Shown here piece after piece: positions 32,336 through 42,761 of a stretch of 64,000 bases of DNA (within the stretch, counting starts at the first letter, position 1; each line of letters opens with the position of its first letter). A program made the translations under genes and the position numbers. Under the pieces are notes generated by a model, which made no database searches, had not been told where the DNA came from, and saw nothing but the letters and a program-made list of their open reading frames with translations. Location of the stretch: the NCBI GenBank assembly GCA_900551745.1, contig URXA01000002.1, positions 140,855 to 204,854 of the forward strand, in the 5' to 3' direction. Origin of the DNA: an uncultured Phascolarctobacterium sp. GTDB taxonomy: Bacteria; Bacillota; Negativicutes; Acidaminococcales; Acidaminococcaceae.

Positions 32336-34711
32336 CTAAAAAAATTCCTTCTGATACCGATAACTATAACATTTTACCTGGCTGCCGTCAAAAGTGATTT
32401 TAAGCGCTCCGTCCTGATCTGTACGCCGCACCTGAGCCCCACAGGCAGCCAGACGCTGCAGCGTTTCACTGCCAGGATGGCCGTAGCTGTTGCCGGCGCC
32501 GACTGAGATAATCGCCAGCTGCGGACTGACTGCCGCTAAAAACGCCATAGAAGAAGAAGCATTACTGCCATGATGACTAACCTTTAATACCTGACCGGGC
32601 TGAATCTGCCCCGCTGCCAGCAGTTCTTCCGTTTCTGTGGCATCACCTGTAAAAACAATGCTGCCGTCAGCAGATACAACCCTCACGATCAGCGAGCTTT
32701 CATTGGCATCGCTGTCAGCGCTGCCGACAGGCGCACTGATGATCTGTATTGCAGTATTGCCCAGGGAATAATTTGCACCGCTCTCGGCATATATAAGCTG
32801 CGCTTTGGTATTCTTCAGCAGTGCCTGTATATCTGCTGAAGGCTGTTCCTGAGGCAGAATGAGACTGCGTATAGGTATATTTTTAGCTACTGCGGCCGCT
32901 CCTCCTGCATGGTCGTGGTGTCCGTGGCTTAAAAGCAGCATATCCAGGCTGCGAATCCCCAGATAACGCAGATATGGCAGAACGATACGGCTGCCAGTAT
33001 CATAGTCGCCGCGCAGACCACCGGTATCAATCAGCAGCGTCTGACGCTGCGGTGTTACGACCAGCGCCGCATCCCCCTGTCCCACGTCGATAAAATGTAC
33101 GGTCAGCGGCTGCGGCCTAAATTTATCATAAAGCCCGATCCCCACCAGCATACAGCAGCATAAACCGATCAGCAACCGTCTTTCGCAAGCAGTGAAATCA
33201 TCCCAGTCGCTGCTGCCGCAAAGCAGCAACAACAGTAAATAATAGACAGCGCTGCATAAAAGCGGCCAGCTGCCAACAGTAACAGTTGCCCAGCCGCCGG
33301 AGCCCAGCCAGTGAATGATATTCAGCAAGGGGTGCAGTAAAAGCCCTGCCAGTAAAAACAGCAGCTTGCCCAACCCAAATACCGGCAGGAGAGCATATCC
33401 CGCCAGTGTTAGCAGTAGTGCCAGTTCCAGCAGCGGTACTAAAAGCAGGTTGGCTGCCAGTCCACTCAGCGAAAGCTGATGAAAATAATGGATCAAAAAC
33501 GGCAAAGCCGCCAGCTGTGCTGTTAAAGATACTGCCATGACCTCGGCAATCCCCACAGGTAAGTAACGGGTACACAGGCCGCTCAGTACCGGGTAAAAAT
33601 ACAGCAGACCCGCCGTTGTAGTAAATGATAACTGAAAACCTGCGTCCCAAAGCCAGCGCGGCTCATAGCAAAGCAACAGTATGACCACAGCACAGAAAAT
33701 ATTACTGCGCTGCGGCAGCCTGCCGCTAACACCGGCTCCAAATAGTGCCAGCGACATAAGCAAAGCCCTCAGCACTGGCGGTTTGAACCCGCACAAAGCC
33801 GCATAAAAAAATAAAATCCCTGCCAGCAGCGCCATAGTACAGCGGTTACGGCGCCGCAGCAGTACAAGCAGAAAGCCTGTCACCACTGCTATATGCGTAC
33901 CAGATACAGCCAGCAGATGCGCCAATCCCACAGCAGCAAAATCTTCCTGCGTCTGCGCACTGATACCGTCGTAACCACCTAAAGTCATACCGGCTAAAAC
34001 AGCCCCGGCCTGTCCCGGTACAGTATGCTGCAGATTTGAACGCAGCCCTGCAGCCAGTCCGCCGATATACTGCCTGATACTTTGTCCGTCCCCGGACAAA
34101 TACAGCTCACTGCCTTTTATAGACATTCGCCCCTGTAAATCCTGCAATTCGTTCCACAGCCCGCCATCCCAACCACCCGGATTGGCAAAATCAGTCAGTG
34201 GTTTAAGCGTTCCCTGTACAATAACGCCACCGGTTATTTTCTCGCTAAGATCCTGCCCCTGTACGAACACACGTACCTTACCCGATACTGCGACTGCTGT
34301 ATCGGGAAAAGAGCTACCAGGTTCCGCACTATTTGTCTGCACCGCTTGCTGCAGCGTACGACAGGCAAGCACCAGACTGGTTCCCTGCGGCGTTACTTTG
34401 ACACTGCCAGCTTCTACTCTGCCGAAAAGCCGTACTTCCTGACCTGTAAAAGTCTGCAAAGGCAGCTGCGGCTGACGTATGGCCCCGCTGCCGCTGGCAG
34501 CGCCACAACAAAAACATAAACCAATACCTGCCGCGGCCAACAACTTTACTCCAGCCTTTTGGCGGCAGCCCCAGTCAAGCAGCAGCAGAAAAAATGCCGC
34601 CAGCATCAATACGGGTATCAACGGCAACAGCTTACTGAGCCCTGCGTGGCAGCCAAGCAGAAATGCCAGTGTGGCGGCGACAATGATCTGTTCCAGCTGA
34701 CGCTGCATCAC
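32336..34711 (-). CDS. comEC: DNA uptake channel ComEC/Rec2
   Basis: HLLAVSGTH, PPVLRA, GFQLSF; C-terminal MBL domain DVGQGD, HGHHDH, HHGS. Confidence 0.96.
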   Translation of the reverse strand: MMQRQLEQIIVAATLAFLLGCHAGLSKLLPLIPVLMLAAFFLLLLDWGCRQKAGVKLLAAAGIGLCFCCGAASGSGAIRQPQLPLQTFTGQEVRLFGRVEAGSVKVTPQGTSLVLACRTLQQAVQTNSAEPGSSFPDTAVAVSGKVRVFVQGQDLSEKITGGVIVQGTLKPLTDFANPGGWDGGLWNELQDLQGRMSIKGSELYLSGDGQSIRQYIGGLAAGLRSNLQHTVPGQAGAVLAGMTLGGYDGISAQTQEDFAAVGLAHLLAVSGTHIAVVTGFLLVLLRRRNRCTMALLAGILFFYAALCGFKPPVLRALLMSLALFGAGVSGRLPQRSNIFCAVVILLLCYEPRWLWDAGFQLSFTTTAGLLYFYPVLSGLCTRYLPVGIAEVMAVSLTAQLAALPFLIHYFHQLSLSGLAANLLLVPLLELALLLTLAGYALLPVFGLGKLLFLLAGLLLHPLLNIIHWLGSGGWATVTVGSWPLLCSAVYYLLLLLLCGSSDWDDFTACERRLLIGLCCCMLVGIGLYDKFRPQPLTVHFIDVGQGDAALVVTPQRQTLLIDTGGLRGDYDTGSRIVLPYLRYLGIRSLDMLLLSHGHHDHAGGAAAVAKNIPIRSLILPQEQPSADIQALLKNTKAQLIYAESGANYSLGNTAIQIISAPVGSADSDANESSLIVRVVSADGSIVFTGDATETEELLAAGQIQPGQVLKVSHHGSNASSSMAFLAAVSPQLAIISVGAGNSYGHPGSETLQRLAACGAQVRRTDQDGALKITFDGSQVKCYSYRYQKEFF

Positions 34712-35355
34712 AGCTCCAGATAAGGCTGCATTTTGCTAAACTTGGCCTTACCGATCCCTTTGACCTTCATAACATCCTCGATACTGGCAAACCCATGCAC
34801 AGACCGATACTCAACTATACGCTGCGCGGTAATATCACCGACACCAGGCAACGCTGTCAATTCGGCAGCCGTAGCCGTATTCAAACGCACCTTGCCACCG
34901 GCTTTTGCTGTGCCCCTGCCGCTCTCAGCAGCATTCTTTACCGAGACCAAAGTATTTGCGCCTGCTGCCTCAGCAGCTGCACCTGCATTTACCGGCACAG
35001 CCTGCTCACGCAATTGCCTGGCACTTAACCGCGGCACATTTACCTGCATACCATCTTTCAGCAGCTTTGCCAGATTAACTTTATCGGGATTAGCTTCCAG
35101 CGTCATCCCTCCGGCAGCGGCGATAGCCGCAGTAGCCCTGCTGCCTGCGGTGACTTCATATAATCCCGGCTTTGCTACCGCACCGCTTACATATACCTTG
35201 ACTCCCTGAGTCTGTACCGTACTGGTACCAACTGCCGGTACAGGCACAACAGCAGCAGTATCCTGCGGGCTGCTTCCCAGCAGACTGCCGCCGGCACATA
35301 AAACTACGGCAGCCCCCAAAGCTGCTACTTTTCCTCTCAGCCCTCGTTCCATCAT
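34708..35355 (-). CDS. comEA: Competence DNA receptor ComEA
   Basis: SLBB domain VSGAVAKPGLY; HhH LNTATAAELTALPGVG...VKGIG. Confidence 0.95.
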   Translation of the reverse strand: MMERGLRGKVAALGAAVVLCAGGSLLGSSPQDTAAVVPVPAVGTSTVQTQGVKVYVSGAVAKPGLYEVTAGSRATAAIAAAGGMTLEANPDKVNLAKLLKDGMQVNVPRLSARQLREQAVPVNAGAAAEAAGANTLVSVKNAAESGRGTAKAGGKVRLNTATAAELTALPGVGDITAQRIVEYRSVHGFASIEDVMKVKGIGKAKFSKMQPYLEL

Positions 35356-35492
35356 CGCTATCCAGCCCCTTCAAAACGTAAAAAAGCAGAGCACCCGAGG
35401 TCAACAATAAATTCGTTATACCTTAGGAACTCTGCCATAGCGTCTTTATGATTTGATCTTACTGATCCAGCTATTTAATTTTCTTCTGCGGC

Positions 35493-37994
35493 CTAAGGTC
35501 TGGCAACAATATTGACCAAACGTCCCGGTACGCAGACGATCTTCACGATCTTGCCGACATCGATCATAGCGGCGATATGTTCATCCGCCAAAGCCAGTTT
35601 TTCCAGTTCTTCCCTGCCGGCTTCCGCAGGTACAACCAGACGTCCTTTGACCTTGCCGTTGACTTGCAGCACGATCTCGACATTATCGACCTTCATGGCC
35701 TCTGCCTCGGCTTTAGGCCAGCTTTGTGCATGCACGCTGCTGTCAGCGTCGATGACGCCATGCCACAATTCTTCGGTTACGTGCGGTACGAAAGGAGCGA
35801 GCAAACGCAGCAAAGCGGCAACGGTTTCATAAACCAGACCGGCATTGTAATTTTTCTGAGCTTCCTTATAAACATATAAAGCATTGACCAGCTCCATCAT
35901 CGCACTGATCGCGGTATTGAAATTAAACCGCTGCTCGATATCGTCGGTAACCTTTTTGATCGTATTATGCAGCACGCGGCGCAGCTCTTTATCAGCCTCA
36001 TCCAGTTTTGAAGTATCATAGCTGGTGACCTTTTGGGCCAGCTCGCCCTGGAAGTGGCTGACGATACGCCAGACACGGTTGATAAAGCGGAAGGAACCCT
36101 CCACGCCCTGATCGCTCCACTCCAACTCTCTTTCAGGCGGAGCGGCAAACATGATAAACAGACGAGCAGTATCGGCGCCGTATTTGGAAATGATCTCTTC
36201 CGGAGAAACGACATTACCTAAAGATTTACTCATTTTCGCACCATCTTTAATGACCATGCCCTGAGTCAGCAGGTTGGTAAATGGTTCGTCGTATTTTACA
36301 AGGCCTGCGTCACGCAACACCTTCATAAAGAAACGTGAATACAGCAAATGCAGGATCGCATGCTCGATACCGCCGATGTACTGATCGACCGGAGCCCAGT
36401 AATCAACAGCTTCTTTGCTGAATGGAGCAGCGTCGTTTTTCGGATCGGTATAACGCAGATAATACCAGGAAGAACACAGGAAAGTGTCCATAGTATCAGT
36501 CTCGCGGCGGGCCGGCTTACCGCATTTGGGGCAGGTGCAGTTAACAAAGCTTTCACTGGTTGCCAGCGGTGAAACGCTGCCCGCATCAAACTTGACGTCT
36601 TCCGGCAAACGTACCGGCAGCTCTGCTTCCGGCACCAGAACTTCGCCGCAGTCAGGACAGTAAATAATCGGGATTGGAGCCCCCCAATAGCGCTGGCGGC
36701 TGATGAGCCAGTCGCGCAGACGGTAGTTGACATGACGGGAACCAAAGCCCTGTTCTTCCGCGTAATCCATAATAGCTTTGATCGCAGCATGCATCTCCAT
36801 GCCGCTGAACTTGCCGGAATTTACCAGCACGCCTTCTTTTTCTTCATAGGCGGCAGTCATATCTTCAACTTTTAACTCCTGGTCTTTAGGAGTAACAACA
36901 ACGATCTTATCCAGACCATATTTATCGGCAAACATCCAGTCACGCTGATCGCCTGTAGGTACACCCATAACAGCGCCGGTGCCATAATCATACAGGACAT
37001 AGTTGGTGACCCAGATCTCTACCTGGCGGCCGTTGAAAGGATTGACCGCATATTTCCCGGTAAAGATACCTTCTTTTTCCGACTCGCTGGAAGTACGTTC
37101 AATATCGGACTGGTTGCGCACACGGGCACAGAAAGCCCTGATCTCGTCCGCCTTCGGATTATCCCGGCACAACTGCTCTACCATTGGATGCTCGGCAGCC
37201 AGAACCACGAAGGTAACGCCAAATGCCGTATCCGGACGGGTAGTGTAAACAGGCAGCTTAGCATCGATGCAGGGCACGTCAAAGCTGAATTCCAGACCTT
37301 CACTGCGCCCGATCCAGTTTTTCTGCATCGTCTTAACGCGTTCCGGCCAGCCGTTCAAAAGTTTCAGGTCATCCAAAAGTTCTTCCGCATAATCGGTAAT
37401 TTTGAAGAACCATTGTTCCAGATCTTTTTTGACGACCTCATGGTCGCAGCGCCAGCAGCGCCCGTCGATAACCTGCTCATTAGCCAAAACAGTGTTGCAT
37501 TCACCACACCAGTTGACGGCAGATTTTTTCTTGACGGCCAAACCGCGCTTATAAAACAGCTCAAAGAACCACTGGGTCCATTTATAGTAATCTTCCTTGC
37601 AGGTGGCAACTTCGCGATCCCAATCATAGGACAGGCCCAGTTCCTTCTGCTGACGGGTCATATTGGCGATATTTTCCATCGTCCATTTAGCAGGGTGGAT
37701 ACCATGTTTGATCGCGGCATTCTCAGCCGGCATACCAAAAGAATCCCAGCCCATCGGATGCAGCACGTTAAAACCGTTCATACTGCGGAAGCGGGCAACT
37801 ACGTCGCCGATGGAATAATTGCGTACGTGGCCCATATGCAGGTTGCCCGAAGGATACGGGAACATTTCCAGCACATAAGACTTGGGTTTGCCTGCATCAA
37901 TATCAGTTTTAAAGGCCTTGTTATCTTCCCAATATTTCTGCCATTTGCTTTCTATGGCATGGGGAGTATACTTTTCTTCGATCATTCTTCTCAT
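35493..37994 (-). CDS. leuS: Leucine--tRNA ligase
   Basis: [25 protein letters not shown]. Confidence 0.99.
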   Translation of the reverse strand: MRRMIEEKYTPHAIESKWQKYWEDNKAFKTDIDAGKPKSYVLEMFPYPSGNLHMGHVRNYSIGDVVARFRSMNGFNVLHPMGWDSFGMPAENAAIKHGIHPAKWTMENIANMTRQQKELGLSYDWDREVATCKEDYYKWTQWFFELFYKRGLAVKKKSAVNWCGECNTVLANEQVIDGRCWRCDHEVVKKDLEQWFFKITDYAEELLDDLKLLNGWPERVKTMQKNWIGRSEGLEFSFDVPCIDAKLPVYTTRPDTAFGVTFVVLAAEHPMVEQLCRDNPKADEIRAFCARVRNQSDIERTSSESEKEGIFTGKYAVNPFNGRQVEIWVTNYVLYDYGTGAVMGVPTGDQRDWMFADKYGLDKIVVVTPKDQELKVEDMTAAYEEKEGVLVNSGKFSGMEMHAAIKAIMDYAEEQGFGSRHVNYRLRDWLISRQRYWGAPIPIIYCPDCGEVLVPEAELPVRLPEDVKFDAGSVSPLATSESFVNCTCPKCGKPARRETDTMDTFLCSSWYYLRYTDPKNDAAPFSKEAVDYWAPVDQYIGGIEHAILHLLYSRFFMKVLRDAGLVKYDEPFTNLLTQGMVIKDGAKMSKSLGNVVSPEEIISKYGADTARLFIMFAAPPERELEWSDQGVEGSFRFINRVWRIVSHFQGELAQKVTSYDTSKLDEADKELRRVLHNTIKKVTDDIEQRFNFNTAISAMMELVNALYVYKEAQKNYNAGLVYETVAALLRLLAPFVPHVTEELWHGVIDADSSVHAQSWPKAEAEAMKVDNVEIVLQVNGKVKGRLVVPAEAGREELEKLALADEHIAAMIDVGKIVKIVCVPGRLVNIVARP

Positions 37995-38029
37995 AACCTC
38001 CTAAAATTTGCTTACCACCGCAGCGCGGC

Positions 38030-38260
38030 AAATAAAAAAGTCCCCGGCTGTTAGGCCAGGGACGAAATAGCTTTCGCGGTACCACCCTGATTGCCGAAAA
38101 AAATCTCGGCCACTCAAAACCTGTAACGCCGGTTATGCGTCCGCGCTTTTGACGCGGCTCCTCCGCGGCGAGTTCACCTTGCTCCCGTATTGACTCGCAG
38201 CTGCCGTCAACTTTCTGCAACAGGGATCTGTGGTTACTACTCCGCTTCACCGAATTTGTT
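38030..38260 (-). ncRNA. T-box leader (Leu) of leuS
   Basis: GGGTGGTACCGCGA at 38074-38087; terminator GTCCCTGGC...GCCGGGGAC-TTTTTT; specifier CUC at 38170-38172. Confidence 0.93.
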
Positions 38261-38540
38261 CATTCTGCAAATACTTTAACCATTATATCACAAATCCGCG
38301 GAGTTTCAAGTCTTTTCTTCCCCGTCTGCCAAGTGCCTGCCGCAGTAGAAATAGAAAGAAAAAGATACCCTCCCTCCTGGTTAGATTTCAAATATATTCA
38401 CAGCCTCTGCTACGACGCTGACAGTCAGTACAGGCATTTATTTTCGCGCTGAGGTCAACCCTGTCAGCAATTCCTTGCATTCCTTCTTAAAATAAGCTAA
38501 CATAAAGTTAACATTAAGCAGCAAAAATGGAGCACAATTC

Positions 38541-39233
38541 ATGAAAATTTACGCTATCGGCGACCTGCACCTTTCCGGAAAGCCTCCGTCCAAGCCTATG
38601 GAAATCTTCGGTGAACACTGGGCAGACCACGCCGCCAAGGTTGCAGCCAACTGGCATCAACTTATCAACAGCGACGATACCGTCATCATCTGCGGCGACA
38701 CCTCCTGGGCCATGGACCTGCAAGACGCGCTGACCGACCTGAACTGGATCGCCGCCCTGCCCGGGCGCAAAATCATCCTGCGCGGCAACCATGATTACTG
38801 GTGGGCATCTTTAAAAAAGATGCAGACTGCGACAGAAAATAATTTCAGCTTTCTGCAAAACAACTTTTTTACCTGCGGCACTACTGCCATCTGCGGCAGC
38901 CGTGGCTGGCTCCTGCCTTCGTCTGACAATTTTAACGCGGACGATGCCGTTATCTACCGCCGTGAAGGACTGCGCCTGGAGGCTTCACTGGAAGCTGCCA
39001 GACAAGCCGGCTACAGCGATATCATAGCCGCACTGCATTATCCGCCGCTTTACGACGCTGCAAATGAATCTGTTTTTGCCGAACTGCTGGAGCGTTATGG
39101 CGTCAGGCACTGCGTTTTCGGCCATATCCACGGCAGCGACGCCAACATGGTTTTTGAAGGTATCCGCAACGGCATCACCTATAAGCTTGTCAGCTGTGAC
39201 ACGCAGGGTTTTACACCACAGCTGGTAAAATAA
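38541..39233 (+). CDS. Metallophosphoesterase (calcineurin-like)
   Basis: GDLHL, GDTSW, GNHD, HYPP, GHIH. Confidence 0.9.
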   Translation: MKIYAIGDLHLSGKPPSKPMEIFGEHWADHAAKVAANWHQLINSDDTVIICGDTSWAMDLQDALTDLNWIAALPGRKIILRGNHDYWWASLKKMQTATENNFSFLQNNFFTCGTTAICGSRGWLLPSSDNFNADDAVIYRREGLRLEASLEAARQAGYSDIIAALHYPPLYDAANESVFAELLERYGVRHCVFGHIHGSDANMVFEGIRNGITYKLVSCDTQGFTPQLVK

Positions 39234-39253
39234 ACAGCGAAGAAGGCGTTCCC

Positions 39254-40204
39254 ATGCCCAAAAATATTTCCGCAGCAACACTGATGGTTTTATCCGCCTG
39301 CATCATTTGGGGCGCACAGCCGATGTTCGTCACTTTTGTCGTCCGCGAGTTCGACCCGATCTCTCTGGTCAGTATCCGTTATTTTACAGTAGGCGTAGTG
39401 CTGCTGGCAGCGCTAGCTTACAGCGGCGAAAAACTGCTGCCACCACGCAAGGCCTGGCTGCCGCTGTTTTTGATGGGCGTCCTCAGCGTTGGCGGCAACA
39501 ATGTTGCACAATTTACAGGCCTGCAATACTCGACCGTAGCCAACCTTACTATTATTGCCTCGCTGACGCCTGCCGTGACCGCACTCTTAAGTCTGGTGCT
39601 GCTGCATGAACGGCTGCACAAGCTGCAATGGCTCGGTATCGCAGCCAGTATCATCGGCGCCGTTTACCTGATCAGCAAAGGTTCGCTTTCAACGATTATC
39701 AACCTGAACTTTAATTTCGGTGATATCCTGTTCTGCGTCAGTATGGTTGCCTGGGCTTTTTATACCATTCTTGTCGCGCAGGTCAGTAAATATGTATCTG
39801 CCTACAGCGCTGTAGCCTGGGCCGGACTGCTTGGCTCGCTGACTACGGCTGCTTACAGTATCCTGACCGGGCAGTTTGCACTGCCCTATGACCTTTCCGC
39901 TTTGGCCTGGGGTTCCTATTTTTACGTTATTTTTATCGGCAGCCTGGTCGGTATGCTGTTTTGGAACAAAGGCATCCGCGTTATCGGCCCCAGTCAGGCC
40001 GCCGTGTTTATGAATCTGATGCCGTTAGTAGGCATCATCTGCGGCATCGCCTTTCTCGACGAAAGCTTCTATACTTCCGAAGCAGTTGGCGGCGCTCTTA
40101 TCATAGCCGGTGTGTATCTGACTACGCAGTACCGCCTGCTGGCCTATAAACTGGTCAGATATCTGGTCAAACGCCGGCGGCAGAAATCATTGAACGACTG
40201 TTAA
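39254..40204 (+). CDS. DMT/EamA family transporter
   Basis: About 10 TM; IWG, GLQYST, LHERL, FMNLMP. Confidence 0.9.
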   Translation: MPKNISAATLMVLSACIIWGAQPMFVTFVVREFDPISLVSIRYFTVGVVLLAALAYSGEKLLPPRKAWLPLFLMGVLSVGGNNVAQFTGLQYSTVANLTIIASLTPAVTALLSLVLLHERLHKLQWLGIAASIIGAVYLISKGSLSTIINLNFNFGDILFCVSMVAWAFYTILVAQVSKYVSAYSAVAWAGLLGSLTTAAYSILTGQFALPYDLSALAWGSYFYVIFIGSLVGMLFWNKGIRVIGPSQAAVFMNLMPLVGIICGIAFLDESFYTSEAVGGALIIAGVYLTTQYRLLAYKLVRYLVKRRRQKSLNDC

Positions 40205-40271
40205 GCTTTTAAGGTACGGGCAGATGCCCGGCACTTTATAAATCATCATCGAAAGGTCTGTCAGCACTGCA

Positions 40272-41219
40272 ATGCAAACGAACAAGCTTACCGCCTCGGC
40301 ACTTTTGATCTGCACTTGTGTCATCTGGGGCATTCAACCGATGTTCGCCAAATTCGTCGTCAGGGAAATGTCGCCCATACCTATGGTCAGCATTCGCTAC
40401 ACTGTCGTAGCCCTGACGCTGTTTGCTATGCTTGCCTGGCGCGGCGAAAAGCTGCTGCCGCCACGCAGGACCTGGCCGGCCTTATTTACCATGGGCATTC
40501 TCGGCGTCTGCATCAATAACGTTACCCAATTTACCGGGCTGCAATATTCGACAGTCACCAACTTTACCATTATCGCCACACTCACGCCCATCGTGACGGC
40601 TCTGCTCAGCTTTGTGCTGATCCATGAACGTCTGCACCGCCTGCAATGGCTCGGCATCTGCAGCAGCCTATGCGGCGCGCTGTACCTGCTCAGCAACGGT
40701 TCGCTTGCGGCCATATTGACGCTGAGCTTTAATATCGGCGACGTACTCTTTTTTACCAGTCAGGTCGCCTGGGCACTGTACTCTATCATCGTCGTGCGCA
40801 TCATCGACGCTGTTTCCCCCTTTGCCATCGTCGCCTGGTCGGGTCTGTTAGGTTCGCTTACCACGGCAGCCGGCGCTGCTTATTTTGGTCATTTCGAACT
40901 GCCCTCACTGCTTTCACCGCTGGCTCTTGGTTCATATCTGTTCGTCATTTTTGCCGGCGGGCTGATCGCTATGATCTTCTGGAACAAAGGTACCGGCATC
41001 GTCGGACCCAGTCAGGCTGCCGTATTTATGAACATCATGCCGCTGGTCGGCATCGTCTGCGGGGTGCTGTTTCTTGACGAACAACTTCTCATCTCCCAGG
41101 CTATTGGCGGCGTACTTATCCTCGGCGGCGTCTATCTGACCACACAATACCGTACCGTCGTCTATCGACTGGCAAAATATTTTACGCGTCGCCAGCGTAA
41201 ACGCCAGCCGCTGCGCTGA
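40272..41219 (+). CDS. DMT/EamA family transporter (tandem paralog)
   Basis: Same motifs as the upstream gene (GEKLLPPR, QFTGLQYSTV, GPSQAAVFMN, GVYLTTQYR). Confidence 0.9.
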   Translation: MQTNKLTASALLICTCVIWGIQPMFAKFVVREMSPIPMVSIRYTVVALTLFAMLAWRGEKLLPPRRTWPALFTMGILGVCINNVTQFTGLQYSTVTNFTIIATLTPIVTALLSFVLIHERLHRLQWLGICSSLCGALYLLSNGSLAAILTLSFNIGDVLFFTSQVAWALYSIIVVRIIDAVSPFAIVAWSGLLGSLTTAAGAAYFGHFELPSLLSPLALGSYLFVIFAGGLIAMIFWNKGTGIVGPSQAAVFMNIMPLVGIVCGVLFLDEQLLISQAIGGVLILGGVYLTTQYRTVVYRLAKYFTRRQRKRQPLR

Positions 41220-41348
41220 CATATCGATGATGGGCGACCTAAGCACAAACAGATCAAAATATCTCTCACAGTCAAGCTTCTTCTGCTCGCGTCTGCAACG
41301 GCGGCGAGCCTTTTTATTTTAACAGGTACTATGTCATCCCCGACTTTA

Positions 41349-41405
41349 TTGACACAGGCTGCGAACAGTGCTATGCTAAAAATGTTTACGGCATATGTCG
41401 CAAAC
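41349..41405 (+). promoter_or_regulatory. SigA promoter with overlapping palindromic operator
   Basis: TTGACA (41349)-17 nt-TATGCT (41372) with TG extension; GTTTACGGCATATGTCGCAAAC at 41384-41405. Confidence 0.7.
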
Positions 41406-41438
41406 TCATAACAATCACAGTAAGGGAGCGGTATAACA

Positions 41439-41846
41439 ATGAAAATCGCAGTTACTTATCAGGACGGCGACATCTTTCAACACTTCGGACACACCGAATT
41501 CTTTAAAATTTACGACATCGAAAACACTGACATCGTCAAAACAGAAATCGTCAGCACCAACGGCAGCGGCCATGGCGCGCTGGCACAATTTCTGCACGAA
41601 CACAGCGTCGATACTCTGATCTGCGGCGGTATCGGCGGCGGCGCTCAACTGGCATTGTCACAAGCAGGCATCAAGCTTTATGGAGGCGTTACCGGCAAGG
41701 CCGATGATGCAGTAAATGCTTTGCTCAATAATAAACTGGACTATGACCCGGCAGTAAAATGCGACCACCACGAACAGGAACACGGCGGCGCAGGCCACAC
41801 CTGCGGCGAACACGGCTGCGGTAATCATAGTCACCACGGACATTAA
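41439..41846 (+). CDS. NifB/NifX (FeMo-cofactor biosynthesis-like) family protein with Cys/His-rich tail
   Basis: MKIAV...IFQHFGH, LICGGIGGGA; tail CDHHEQEH...HTCGEHGCGNHSHHGH. Confidence 0.88.
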   Translation: MKIAVTYQDGDIFQHFGHTEFFKIYDIENTDIVKTEIVSTNGSGHGALAQFLHEHSVDTLICGGIGGGAQLALSQAGIKLYGGVTGKADDAVNALLNNKLDYDPAVKCDHHEQEHGGAGHTCGEHGCGNHSHHGH

Positions 41847-42378
41847 GCACCTTGCCCTGCATGATTTACCTGAACAGCAAAATTCAGTACACTACTTACT
41901 CACTGCATAAGCAGTGAGTTTTTCTTTTTCCGGACAGACTAAAAAGGAAAGCCATCTGCACCACAGCCTTTACGCAACCGCTACTGTTCAAGCTCACTCG
42001 TCGACAGCCCTACATAAATTTTCTTCTAAATCACCTGCCTGTAACTTCTTACCAGCCAGTATTTTCTCCATCGCAGACTAAATACATAGTCCAAATTCCA
42101 AAAATCAGGCTGCTTACACAAATGATTCTGCTAACCACTGTTTTGTAATCATTTCCCTGCTTCGGGGCAAAAGAAAACTGCCCCTGTTATATCAAAGGCA
42201 GTTTAAAAATATTTTTAAATTTTGTTTCGCGTACTACTGCAGCAGAATATACCACGATTCTGTAACGTAAATCCAAAACGTTTATTTTTTATCTTGTATC
42301 TTTTCTTGTTTATTTCTTTATTCTTTTATGAACAGGCGAAACAGTGACGATTTTATCAGCTATGTGCCCATACAGTAT

Positions 42379-42437
42379 AATAAAGACAAATCGGAAAAGC
42401 CCCGTAAAATCAAGGGTTTGAGCGATTTGTCTTTATT
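42379..42437. repeat. 15-bp perfect inverted repeat with inner AAGCCC...AAGGGTTT core
   Basis: AATAAAGACAAATCG (42379-42393) / CGATTTGTCTTTATT (42423-42437). Confidence 0.85.
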
Positions 42438-42527
42438 CTTTTTCCACTTATTTTATCATGAAAATCAGCCCAAAACATAGGGGTAGAAAGAGAGATGTTA
42501 CATTGACGACAAAATATTAGTCCCTTT

Positions 42528-42611
42528 TTCAATGTAAAAAATAGCCTTTTACATTGAATGTCCCTGAGAGTGATTGATTTTATTGAGAAAGATTGGTAAC
42601 TATGCTACAAT
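42528..42611 (+). promoter_or_regulatory. 12-bp inverted repeat followed by SigA promoter of the PHP-ATPase operon
   Basis: TTCAATGTAAAA-N7-TTTTACATTGAA (42528-42558); TTGAGA (42583)-17 nt-TACAAT (42606) with TG extension. Confidence 0.6.
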
Positions 42612-42761
42612 AAACTACAATATTCTTTTTTGAGATAACTAAAAGGTGACTTGTGGAATAATACCTGTTCAATTAAATATGGTGACTATGTTATAAATTA
42701 GTTTCCGTTCTGCCAAAAGAGTGTTGGTGCAAGATTATGTATAATATCGAGAGGAGTTATC

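Noticed and set aside
35380..35440. Competence sigma-factor promoter upstream of comEA
   Set aside because: The GCAGAG...CTCTGC-TTTTT stem is adequately explained as the leuS terminator, and the AACGAAT match is too weak.
38340..38475. GCTGACAG...CTGTCAGC hairpin and SD-like AGGAGG between leuS and the phosphoesterase
   Set aside because: No associated ORF or recognisable RNA family; insufficient support.
41439..41846. Nitrogen fixation inferred from the NifB/NifX-like gene
   Set aside because: Stand-alone members of this family are common in non-diazotrophic anaerobes, and no nifHDK is present in the window.
41850..42350. Pseudogene or sRNA in the long intergenic gap
   Set aside because: Only short hairpins and a possible minus-strand promoter are visible, with no ORF remnant I could identify. 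It needs a TBLASTX/Infernal search.
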